Positions 26,813-35,865 of a stretch of DNA of 38,612 bases are shown here, piece after piece (position 1 is the first letter of the stretch; every line of letters begins with the position of its first letter). The notes below the pieces were generated by a model. It ran no database searches, was not told where the DNA came from, and was given only the letters and a program-made list of their open reading frames with translations. Location: NCBI GenBank assembly GCA_017608575.1, contig JAFCFP010000007.1, positions 1-38,612 of the forward strand. The letters are read 5' to 3'. Origin of the DNA: Candidatus Iainarchaeum sp. (GTDB taxonomy: Archaea > Iainarchaeota > Iainarchaeia > Iainarchaeales > DTGL01). The position numbers were made by a program, and so were the translations under genes.

Positions 26813-29785
26813 ATGAAAGGTCTAAATGTAAAGAAACTGGTGGCCTTAGGAGCTGGTGCAGCCCTTGTTGGAGCAGCATTGGCGCCTTTAGCAACCGCAA
26901 TTGACCTCCAGAAATCTGACCTTGTCAATTCACAGGGACAGATAGCAGTGGACATTGTAGTTGCAAGCAATGCAGGAATAACCGATGTCCTTTGGGGTGG
27001 CAATATTGCCGCAAAGGTCGCCCAATTGGGTGTTGCAGAAACACCAGTAACAGTAGAAAAAGCCTGGGCTGAAGGAGTTAACCTCGGCGAAGAAACAACA
27101 GTTGACGTAGAGCCAACAGACTTAAGCGTTGACCTTGCAATAGGTGGAACAACAACCACTTATTCAGAGGAAAGCAGCAAAACATACGAAACAGATACAC
27201 TGAATTCTACATCAGGAACAGCAGCAGAATGGATCAAGGAACTGACAAGCTCTCAGCTTTCCTTCCTGTACAACAGTACAGATAACTTCAAATACGAGGG
27301 AACAAACTACAGCCAAACAATAAAAGAAAAAATAGGAATTGAAGCAGACGCAAGGTTTGACTATGACAGGGTTGCAGTAGAAGACTTGGTTGTCTACTTG
27401 GATTCAGTTGGAGACTTCAACTACGAAATAACCTTCTCAAAAGGAATTCCAACAGACAACACATTGGCATCAGGTTATGATACAAGATTCCAAGACGGAG
27501 ACAACGACAACATAAGAGTGCCTTGGTTTGGTGAAACCTACACTGTGTTCAATGCACAGAACGGCACTTCCTCAAACTATTCCAAGTCAGAAATAACCCT
27601 TGTAAAAGACTCAGGAAAAGTAACATACTATGCAGGAGAAGAAATCACTGGCTTGCAAGGAAAAGGAGACTATGCTGGAGAAGAACTCAAAGTAGTGCTG
27701 GACTCAGTGTATGAAACATCACAGGGAGCAACCTACCAGGCAAGATGGTCACTCTACAAGGCAGACGACGACGTTGCAACAGCAACACCAATTGACACTC
27801 AGACGCTTGGTACAGGAGTTTTCCTTGAAGACAACTTCTTAAGTGGAGATGTGCTGGACACATCATTGTACATTGAAACAATCGGTGTTGAAAAAACAGG
27901 AGACCAAAGAGGATTTGCAACAATAACAAAAGGAGACGACTTGATTAAAATCGTTGACAACGCACAATATCCATACTCTGCCTCTGACACAGACACAACC
28001 AATGACTATTGGAAAGCAGAACTCGTTGAAGGCACAACTTCAAACCCGGATGTCAACGTAATAAACAAAATAACAATCTACAACAACATAACCCTCTGGG
28101 ACCAGGACAATCCAGTGTATGCAGGCAGCGGTTGGGCTTTGACTAAAACAAAAGCAGAAGTTGACGACGGCAAACTGAACCATGCAGTGTTCTTGGATGG
28201 AGAAGAAGATACGCCTGGATACGGTTATGCAGAGGTTGTTTTCGATGGATGGAAAGGCGGTGAAGACACTACAACCATTGAAATAGGAAATGGTGAAGTC
28301 CACTATTGGGACACAGGTGACACAGAGCACAACATTCCATTCTATGAAAAACTCAAAATGTCCACTACAGAGAGAACATTCACAATCGACAGTCAGACAT
28401 TCTATTACAGGTGTAACAAGACAGACAAAAACATTTTGCTCGGTGGAGACAACAACTACCTCAACAGCCAATTGATTGGATTTGGCGGCTCGGACACAAA
28501 CATCTATGACTCAACAGCTGGCTATGTGAACCTCGGGCTGAAAGCAGGGGAAACAGGAACAACAACAGTTGATCTAAACGGGTTTTCGTATATCTGCACA
28601 CACACCTTTGGTGCGAGCACTTGGAATTGTGCAGTAGACGGAAACTGTGAATTTGCAAAAGTAACCTTTAGTTCAGCTTCAACAGGTGACTACATTGGAA
28701 CAGTAACAGCTGGTTCAAGGACAAAATACCCAACATTCTACTACGACGACGGAAACACAGATGCATATGCAAGCCAGAGAGCAACTGTTGCATTGACTGG
28801 TTCAGGAGTAAACGACCAAACATACCACTATGCCTTTATTGGCATGGAATCAACATACGACAACTTCTGGTTGTTGTTGGATGATTCGACGAACTTTGCA
28901 GTGCAGTACAACAAGGATGTTGCCTTTGTTGGAACAGACACAGATGAAGACGGACCAGCATCGCCTGAAGCAACATACTATCTCCCAGACATAACAGAAC
29001 TTGGCGGAGACCCTTCAGACAACACATTCTATGTGGCAACCTTCAACATTAACCAGGACGGCGGTGGCTACGATGGCAATACATACATTGACACATCAAC
29101 CGACAACATACTGGTATTGCCAAACAACAACTTGAAGTATTACATAGACTTCAACTTCTTGAACGGAACATGGACTCTGAGGGCTGACACTCCAGCCAAC
29201 TACATGGCAAAGGCTTACTCTGACTACGGAGCAAAATACGACGTGTCAGACGCTACAAAGCTCACAGCAGTGATTCCACAGAACCAGTACAAGTTGAAGA
29301 TGGCTATAATAGGAAAGGGCACTACAACAACCACTACAGCTGAGGAATCCTTTGAAGGAGTAAAGGAAGGCGAAACAGTTACTACCTCTAACGGAACAGA
29401 AATAACCGTTTCAAAGATAAATTACACGCCTGGAAGCTTTACTTACACCCCAGCTGGAGTGACTCTGGACGATGTAGTTGTAACACCAACTCCAAGTGCA
29501 GCAGTTACAGTGGTTCCGGTTGGAACACTGTTAAAGACAGACAACGAAGCCATGGGCAGCGGAAAGACACACATCATCATTGGTGGATACAAGAAGAACG
29601 CTTTGGCAAAGGGAAAGGTTGTTGACAGCCTTGGAACAAAGATTGAAGAGGCATTGACAACCAAAGGAGATTACATCGCAGACAAGCTGCCAGACGGTGA
29701 CTTCCTGTTGGCTGGTTACACAGCTGCAGACACTGAGACAGCTTGTGCAGAGTTCGTTGACGCCCTTGAAGCGTTGCTCGGCTGA
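26813..29785 (+). CDS. S-layer protein
   Basis: MKGLNVKKLVALGAGAALVGAAL signal typical of archaeal S-layer proteins; DIVV...D...IAA N-domain; IIGG...NAL...LAGYTAADT..A C-domain; very acidic and Thr-rich; strong GAGGTGA RBS; distinct C-ending codon bias. Confidence 0.9.
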   Translation: MKGLNVKKLVALGAGAALVGAALAPLATAIDLQKSDLVNSQGQIAVDIVVASNAGITDVLWGGNIAAKVAQLGVAETPVTVEKAWAEGVNLGEETTVDVEPTDLSVDLAIGGTTTTYSEESSKTYETDTLNSTSGTAAEWIKELTSSQLSFLYNSTDNFKYEGTNYSQTIKEKIGIEADARFDYDRVAVEDLVVYLDSVGDFNYEITFSKGIPTDNTLASGYDTRFQDGDNDNIRVPWFGETYTVFNAQNGTSSNYSKSEITLVKDSGKVTYYAGEEITGLQGKGDYAGEELKVVLDSVYETSQGATYQARWSLYKADDDVATATPIDTQTLGTGVFLEDNFLSGDVLDTSLYIETIGVEKTGDQRGFATITKGDDLIKIVDNAQYPYSASDTDTTNDYWKAELVEGTTSNPDVNVINKITIYNNITLWDQDNPVYAGSGWALTKTKAEVDDGKLNHAVFLDGEEDTPGYGYAEVVFDGWKGGEDTTTIEIGNGEVHYWDTGDTEHNIPFYEKLKMSTTERTFTIDSQTFYYRCNKTDKNILLGGDNNYLNSQLIGFGGSDTNIYDSTAGYVNLGLKAGETGTTTVDLNGFSYICTHTFGASTWNCAVDGNCEFAKVTFSSASTGDYIGTVTAGSRTKYPTFYYDDGNTDAYASQRATVALTGSGVNDQTYHYAFIGMESTYDNFWLLLDDSTNFAVQYNKDVAFVGTDTDEDGPASPEATYYLPDITELGGDPSDNTFYVATFNINQDGGGYDGNTYIDTSTDNILVLPNNNLKYYIDFNFLNGTWTLRADTPANYMAKAYSDYGAKYDVSDATKLTAVIPQNQYKLKMAIIGKGTTTTTTAEESFEGVKEGETVTTSNGTEITVSKINYTPGSFTYTPAGVTLDDVVVTPTPSAAVTVVPVGTLLKTDNEAMGSGKTHIIIGGYKKNALAKGKVVDSLGTKIEEALTTKGDYIADKLPDGDFLLAGYTAADTETACAEFVDALEALLG

Positions 29786-29790
29786 AATTG

Positions 29791-29838
29791 AAGAAAGGGT
29801 TTTCCAACCCTTTTTTCTTTCTTTTTTTTTATTTTTTT
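29791..29838 (+). terminator. Hairpin plus long T-tract terminator after the S-layer gene
   Basis: AAAGGGTT-TTCC-AACCCTTT inverted repeat followed by a T-rich tract of more than 20 nt. Confidence 0.8.
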
Positions 29839-29864
29839 CTATGCTCTATTCATAGGTGTATTTA

Positions 29865-30491
29865 ATGGAAAAGAAGATTGCTAGAATTTTGGTTCTATTG
29901 ATTGTTTTTTTGTTAATTTCTGTTTCTGTTTTTTATTTTCTCACCGCCAAAAAAAGCACAAGAAAATTCGAACAATTTAAGAACGGAGTGCTTTTTACTT
30001 CCGATACAAATGAACCGATTGAATTATTAAAGAATTTTTCAAAAAAAGAGACTTTTTTTATTTCGCCCCAGCTTACAATGGAGAATTCAACACTGAATTC
30101 TGAAATATCCAACAATTTTTTTCTGCCAGCAATAGTTGTTATTGCCGGCAATGACAAGAATGCTGTTACGCTTGGAAGGGTTTATTCTGATTCAATGCTT
30201 TTGGTTTGTGAAACAAATATGGGCAACCCCAAGACAAGGATTTCAATTACAAAAGAGGACTGCCTTTCTTTTTTAAAGGAGAAAGACGCGGTTGCCATTT
30301 TGGTGGATTTTCCCAGTGAGAGCAATGCGCTTGATGAAGTGTTTGTTGGAGAGAACTTTGTGGAAATAAAAGCAAAGAGTTTTGCTTCATTGAATTTGAT
30401 GACGATTGCCTTGCTGGAAGAAATGTTTCCAAATGCCAGAAAGGTAATTGATTCATCCAATGAAAGAGTAGGGGGCCTGGGTTTTGGCTGA
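29865..30491 (+). CDS. Hypothetical protein with N-terminal membrane anchor
   Basis: AGGTG RBS, N-terminal TM, soluble domain with two Cys. Confidence 0.7.
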   Translation: MEKKIARILVLLIVFLLISVSVFYFLTAKKSTRKFEQFKNGVLFTSDTNEPIELLKNFSKKETFFISPQLTMENSTLNSEISNNFFLPAIVVIAGNDKNAVTLGRVYSDSMLLVCETNMGNPKTRISITKEDCLSFLKEKDAVAILVDFPSESNALDEVFVGENFVEIKAKSFASLNLMTIALLEEMFPNARKVIDSSNERVGGLGFG

Positions 30492-30492
30492 A

Positions 30493-31515
30493 ATGCCTAA
30501 ACAAGGGCATTTGGTTAATGCTTTTCTTTTCCTTCTTTTTATTTTTGCAATTCTTTTTGTTATAACGTGGCTTACAAGGGCTCACACTGAACTTTTTGCA
30601 GCGAACCTTTTCTTTCTTGCTTTGGCTGTTGTTTTCTTTCTTTTGTCTGTTTTTGTGTGGATTGTTTCATGGGCTTTTCTCATTAAAAGAAGCCATAATG
30701 TTTCCTATAAAAAAATGCTTGTAATTGGTTTTTCTTCAATGTATGGCAGCATTAGTCCAGTTCAGCTTGGAGCCGAGGCCTTGCGCAGTTTTAGGCTTAA
30801 AAAACAGTGCAGTGTCCCGCTTACTGAAAGCATTGCCTCTGCAATGGTTGTAAAAGGATTAAAGTTTTTAACCCTTGGCTTTGTTTCCTCTGTATTAATT
30901 TTTTTGATTGTGTTCAATTACAAAACAGAGCCATTGCTCTTGATTTCCCTTTTTTCCGGGTTTTTTGTTGTGGTTGCTGCAACGCTTTTGTTTCTTCTTC
31001 CCTTAAAAAGAGGCATTGGTCTGCGAATAGCTTCTTTTTTTGCATTTTTGGGAAAAAAAGTGCATTTTTTTGGCTTGCTGGCTGGCTATTTTGAAAACTA
31101 TTCCAATTATCTGCAAAAGGTTTCATTTATTGAGTTTTCATGGGTTTTTTTTCTTTCGTTTTTCTCTTGGGTTCTCGAATTTTTAGCGTTTTATTGCATT
31201 TTTGTTGCACTTGGTTTTGGTGTTCCTTTTTTTTCAATGGTTTTCCTTTTTGTTCTTCTTGCAGTGATTGAAAGAACACCTTTCCTTCCGCGAGGCATAC
31301 TGTTGTTTGAATTAGCAGGGTTTGCCTTTCTTTCAATGCCTGCTTTGAGCGGATTGAGGCTTTCAATTGGAAAAATCGGTTCTTTTGTTGTTTTGTTTGA
31401 TTTTGTGAGGCTGGTTGTGCCAGCGCTTTTTTCAATTCTTTTTTATTCTGCCATCAAATTGAAACAAACAGGGCTGTCCAAAAAGAACAGTTTAAAATCA
31501 CGATTGCCCAAATGA
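30493..31515 (+). CDS. Flippase-like / lysylphosphatidylglycerol synthase TM-domain (UPF0104) protein
   Basis: Polytopic; W..L, ISPVQLGAEALR and TPFLPRGI..FE motifs. Confidence 0.8.
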   Translation: MPKQGHLVNAFLFLLFIFAILFVITWLTRAHTELFAANLFFLALAVVFFLLSVFVWIVSWAFLIKRSHNVSYKKMLVIGFSSMYGSISPVQLGAEALRSFRLKKQCSVPLTESIASAMVVKGLKFLTLGFVSSVLIFLIVFNYKTEPLLLISLFSGFFVVVAATLLFLLPLKRGIGLRIASFFAFLGKKVHFFGLLAGYFENYSNYLQKVSFIEFSWVFFLSFFSWVLEFLAFYCIFVALGFGVPFFSMVFLFVLLAVIERTPFLPRGILLFELAGFAFLSMPALSGLRLSIGKIGSFVVLFDFVRLVVPALFSILFYSAIKLKQTGLSKKNSLKSRLPK

Positions 31516-32419
31516 TTGCCACTAAAACTGGCTCTTTTTTTGGACCAAGCAATGCAATGAGTATTTTTGCAAAATCGTATTTTTTTCTTCCCTTGTAATC
31601 AGGAATATCTATTTTTTTCTGGGCATTTAGTTTGTAGGGCTTTGTTTTTCTCTGGCTTGGATCTTTTGGGTTTGTCAGCATTTTCGCAATAAAGTCAACA
31701 ACGTGCGGCAAGAAGAAAAGAAAACTGAAAACCATTAACTTCCAGTTTCCCATAATTATCATTATTCCTGAAAGGGCTGAGCCAATCAAAAGTGTTCCGC
31801 TGTCCCCGGGAAAAACTTTTGCGGGATAAAAATTAAACACAAGTATTGAAAGTATTGTGCCGCTTATGATTAATGAAATTGGAAGCAATGGGCTTCCAGA
31901 AAAAAGCAACAAAAGTGAGAAAAAAACCGAAATAATAAAACCAGAGCCAATTTCCCAGCCGTTTAATCCCGCAAATGTGTTTTGAAAGCTTGCTGTGCCA
32001 GCTAAGTACAAGGCAGCAATGATTATGAGGGGGATTGGCTGAAAGTGAATTGCAGTGAAAGCAATTGAAATAATTGCAACCACGATTGCCCGCAGCCTCC
32101 AGCTCCTTGTTTTTCCGAGAAATTTTGGCTTTATGTCATCCATTAAACCAATTAATGCAAAAGCGGTTATTATTGCAAGCCATGAAGCTATGTTTGCAGC
32201 ATTTTCACTTAATGGTTTAATTGATATAGCAAAAAGCGAGAGTGCAATAATTGGAATCAGCATTGAAATGCCAACGCTTTCAGGAATTCTTGTTTCACTT
32301 GGTTTGTTGATGTCAACCCCAATAATTCCCTTTTTTTTGTTTATTTTTGCAACAAGCAAAACGCTTGCTATGCCGATTAAGAATGCTGGCAAAAACCAGG
32401 CAGCAATCAATTCCATCAT
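31454..32419 (-). CDS. Polyprenyl-phosphate N-acetylhexosamine-1-phosphate transferase (MraY/GPT/AglH family)
   Basis: GVDINKP...IPESVG, IGLMDD, N.FAGLNG.E and FNFYPAKVFPGDSGT. Confidence 0.9.
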   Translation of the reverse strand: MMELIAAWFLPAFLIGIASVLLVAKINKKKGIIGVDINKPSETRIPESVGISMLIPIIALSLFAISIKPLSENAANIASWLAIITAFALIGLMDDIKPKFLGKTRSWRLRAIVVAIISIAFTAIHFQPIPLIIIAALYLAGTASFQNTFAGLNGWEIGSGFIISVFFSLLLLFSGSPLLPISLIISGTILSILVFNFYPAKVFPGDSGTLLIGSALSGIMIIMGNWKLMVFSFLFFLPHVVDFIAKMLTNPKDPSQRKTKPYKLNAQKKIDIPDYKGRKKYDFAKILIALLGPKKEPVLVAIIWAIVILNCSFWTALFVSI

Positions 32420-32473
32420 TCTTTTTTCTCCGATGAGTGAAACAAGCTAAAGTATTTGGGCAAAAAGATTTAA

Positions 32474-33712
32474 TTACGTTTCTGTTTGTTTCATTAGTTC
32501 GTCCAATAGCACTGTTGCATAAACGCCTTTTTCAAGAAAGAAGGATATTTTGCAATAGTTTTTTCCATCAAAGAATTCGTCTTTTCCAGTTTCAATCAAT
32601 TTTAGTTCTTTTGGCTTGAATAATATTTTTCTCCTCGCACCTTGGCACGAGCACTCTTTTATTTTTTTTACCTTGAAATCTGGAAAAGAGATTCCTTCTT
32701 TTTCCAGTATTTCTCTTTCAATTTCTCCTATTTTTCCAGGAGAATACTTGGAATTAAACCCTGGAATTAACCCCAAAGGAATTCCATCCTCTTGTGGTTC
32801 TCCTTCAATTGCTTCAAGCAATTGGTTTTCTATTCTTTTTTTTTTTTTTTTGTTGAACAAGTAGGATTGATATGCATGAGTGAACAAGAACCGTAGTCTC
32901 CTGGGAAGCAGATTGAATGCTCCGAAAAAATCTCGCTTGTTTGATGCCAAATAGTGAGCCATTGCTCTTTCGTATCGATATTTTAGTGGAAATTCTTTTT
33001 CCGCTTGCTTGAAGTTTAGTGTTTGAATTAAATGAAGCCTTGCCTTTTTTACCTCTGGTTCTTCTTTTTCGCTTTGAGCAGTAAGGTAAAGCATTACAGC
33101 GTTTTCAATGTTGCCTTTTATTATTTCTTTTCCAACCAAATGGCTTATTTGGCGAATTCCACCAAAGCGTTGTTGCCCAAAATAATTGGGAATTCCCTTT
33201 TTTATTTCATTGAAGGCTGTTTTAACCCTTTCAATTATTTCCCTTTCTTCAAGGTCAATGTCTCTTATTGTGATGGTGAAATAGTTTCCCTTTAATTCTC
33301 CCAAATCAATTCCTTTATCACTGAAGCAAGGATTCTTGAGCACGAGTCCTTGCATTGAAAAATTTTCAATCCTTTCCTTTTTTGGTTTGTAAATGCTTAT
33401 CCGCTGACAGGTTATTGCACGCTTGTCTTTTAAGCCAGCATAGCCAATGCTTTTTTGGCTTGTGTGCATAAAACGCGCAATTTTTTTGACTGCAAGGTTT
33501 GTTTCAATGTTCTTTTTCTCCATTTCAAGTAGTAAAAAATCCTTGCCGTTTTCAGGCAGGGATAATTTTTCAAATTCTTTTTTTCCATTGAGTAAAAATT
33601 CAACTGCGCATTTTTTGCCATCAGTTGTCATTTCTTCCACAACAAAATCCGAATAGCGCCTTTTTATTTTTCCGTCGATTCCCTTCGCTTTTGTGAAAAA
33701 TTTTTTATCCAT
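32474..33712 (-). CDS. truD: tRNA pseudouridine(13) synthase TruD
   Basis: DFVVEE, GYAGLKDKRAITCQ, GELKGNYF.I, PNYFGQQRFG, HAYQSYLFN and F.L.KG.YAT. ATG at 33712; the ORF-track start at 33757 lies inside the aRF1 tail. Confidence 0.95.
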   Translation of the reverse strand: MDKKFFTKAKGIDGKIKRRYSDFVVEEMTTDGKKCAVEFLLNGKKEFEKLSLPENGKDFLLLEMEKKNIETNLAVKKIARFMHTSQKSIGYAGLKDKRAITCQRISIYKPKKERIENFSMQGLVLKNPCFSDKGIDLGELKGNYFTITIRDIDLEEREIIERVKTAFNEIKKGIPNYFGQQRFGGIRQISHLVGKEIIKGNIENAVMLYLTAQSEKEEPEVKKARLHLIQTLNFKQAEKEFPLKYRYERAMAHYLASNKRDFFGAFNLLPRRLRFLFTHAYQSYLFNKKKKKRIENQLLEAIEGEPQEDGIPLGLIPGFNSKYSPGKIGEIEREILEKEGISFPDFKVKKIKECSCQGARRKILFKPKELKLIETGKDEFFDGKNYCKISFFLEKGVYATVLLDELMKQTET

Positions 33713-33722
33713 TGCCAAGCGC

Positions 33723-34946
33723 CTATTTGAATCTGAGAATTGCCCCAATGCCGCCAAATCCCTTGAGGAATTCCTTGCCTTCCTCTGTTTCAGTGCTGAT
33801 AATTTTTGTTTTTGCTCCGATTTTTTCTGCTTTTTCCATTAAATAATCAATGTAATCCATTTCCTCATAGGCTTCCATTTCGTTCCCACAAGAGTGTCAT
33901 TCTGCTTTTTGTTCATTGTTTTCAAAAACGCGTGTTTCTTTTTTTCCACAATTAGGGCATTCAAAGTGTACAACTCTTTTTTCCAGTTCTTCGCTTAAAA
34001 TCAGGGTTTTTACTTTGCCCATTTCCAGTGCTTCAATTACTTCCTTTTCACCATAAACAGCCAAACCTGTTTTTATAATGTTTTTAAGGAATTCTTCCAT
34101 TATTTCTTTTTCACGGATTATTGCAGTATTGCGTAGTAAATCCCTGCTTTTGTTGATTGCCTCTCTTACACCGCTTTCATCTGTATAAGAAGTGCTAATC
34201 CTTCCAATGATTTTTTTACGCAGTCTATCATCCAACAATTCTGTTTCAAGAAAGTAATCCTTTGTAATGCCTGGACCGGCAACAATTATTCCCTTCAATT
34301 TGTCCAATTCTTTTAAGAACGCCTGGTTTGCTTTTTCGCTGACACTTGCATAAAAGTCATGCTCTGCTTCATGCCTCAATCGTTCAAACCTGTGTGCTGA
34401 TTGACCGCCTGCACGTATTTTTCCTGGCACACGACTTTTAAATTGTCCAATTATTTCATAGCGCGTCCCCGCCAAAAGTGCCAGCGTGGCCTCATTTTTG
34501 TCGATTACAATTATTCCATAGGATTCCGTTGGCTTCATCATTTTTTCCAATGGCTCAAGATAGAACTCTGAATCACACCAGTAAAGTTTTGTTTCCAGTT
34601 TTTGAATTGGGCGAACTGTGAACAGTTTAATGTCTGTCTTGCCTTCCGTTCGCGAAATGTTTCCGCAAAAGACAGCGAGCCCTGTTTGTGGTAGCTCGAA
34701 GTCAATTCTTTTAAGAAAATTGATTATTTTTTTAAGTGCAGCTTGAACGTTCTTTCTTGTCTTTGGATCTTTTATGTTTGAGCTCTGGCTCATTTCCTCT
34801 GTTAACTGGGATGTAAGACTGCTTCTGTCAGTGCCGAACGGAATGAGAACTGAAATCAATTCAGTGCCAGAGCCTTTCATTGCCTTTAGTTTTTTTACCT
34901 TTTTTGCAAAAATTGTTCTTTCTGCGCTTTTATCTGATTCCTTCAT
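33723..34946 (-). CDS. prf1: Peptide chain release factor aRF1, full length 407 aa only if the in-frame TGA at 33897-33899 is read through
   Basis: GTELIS, NIKD, YWCDSEF and GGQS. After the TGA the same frame continues HSCGNEM...IISTETEEGKEFLKGFGGIGAILRFK-TAG (33723). Confidence 0.93.
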
Positions 34947-35047
34947 AAAACCACTTTGATGCTTTTTTTTCCATTAGAAAAGATTTATAATAGTGGAAAT
35001 CATAATATTATAGAATTTAATATTTTTTAAGCCAAATGAATTAAAAG

Positions 35048-35860
35048 GTGTTGCAATTGTTTGATGAGGATTTCTTCAAAATGTACAATGAGAACAATGA
35101 AGAGCAGGAAAAAAAGGATGAATCAATTGAAACAGTGTCTTTTCCTGTTTATGATGAATCAAAGCTTTTTGTTTTAAGCGTTGGCGGTTCACTGATCGCA
35201 CCCGAAAAACCAGACAGCGCTTTTCTTTCCAAGTTTTCCCTTTCATTGAATAGCTTAATGGAGCGCGGCTACCGTTTTGCAATCGTTGCAGGAGGCGGCC
35301 GCATTGGAAGAAATTACATTGCTGCAGCCAAAACCCTTGGAACCAATAATTATTCACTGGACCTTCTTGGAATTGCTGTCACAAGGGTTAATGCACTGCT
35401 TTTAATACAGGCATTGGAAAACGCTTATCCAGGGGTTTTGACAGACATTCAAAGCTCAAAACAAGTGCTTTCAATGGGAAAAATCCCTGTTTTCGGTGGA
35501 CTGTTGCCCGGCATCACCACTGACGCGGTTGCTGCACTGCTTGCAGAATTTCTTAAAGCGGATTATGTTAATTTGACCAATGTTGATGGCATTTATTCAG
35601 CTGACCCAAAAACAAAGCCAAATGCAAAATTTTACCCTGAATTAAGCCATGATAGACTAATTGGATTAATGCAGGTTGCTGAATCAAAGCCGGGCCAAAA
35701 CCTTGTACTAGATTTGCCTTGCTGTTATATTTTAAAGCGTTCAAGAATTCGCGGAATTGTTTTAAATGGCTCTGATCTATCAAACTTTGAAAGAGCCATT
35801 GAGGGCAGCGAATTCAAGGGCACAGTAATAAAGGCAACAGAAAAAGAAAGCACTGAATAA
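35048..35860 (+). CDS. pyrH: UMP kinase (archaeal type)
   Basis: VLSVGGS, VAGGG..GR.YI, D.LGI..TR.NA, PGITTDAVAA and TNVDGIYSADPK. Start uncertain; acidic N-terminal extension. Confidence 0.93.
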   Translation: MLQLFDEDFFKMYNENNEEQEKKDESIETVSFPVYDESKLFVLSVGGSLIAPEKPDSAFLSKFSLSLNSLMERGYRFAIVAGGGRIGRNYIAAAKTLGTNNYSLDLLGIAVTRVNALLLIQALENAYPGVLTDIQSSKQVLSMGKIPVFGGLLPGITTDAVAALLAEFLKADYVNLTNVDGIYSADPKTKPNAKFYPELSHDRLIGLMQVAESKPGQNLVLDLPCCYILKRSRIRGIVLNGSDLSNFERAIEGSEFKGTVIKATEKESTE

Positions 35861-35865
35861 TGCCT

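Noticed and set aside
26813-29785. S-layer gene as a foreign island because of its composition shift
   Set aside because: No mobility genes or boundary repeats. The shift is confined to the CDS and fits amino-acid composition plus high-expression codon bias.
33713-33757. ORF-track N-terminal extension of TruD (MAALGQFSDSNRRLA)
   Set aside because: It is an alternative-frame reading of the aRF1 C-terminal tail. The ATG at 33712 fits TruD.
33700-33896. SECIS-like or stimulatory hairpin downstream of the aRF1 TGA
   Set aside because: Only a 3-bp CAC-TCTT-GTG stem is visible by eye, and there is just a 10-nt spacer before truD. Cannot be supported without a covariance search.
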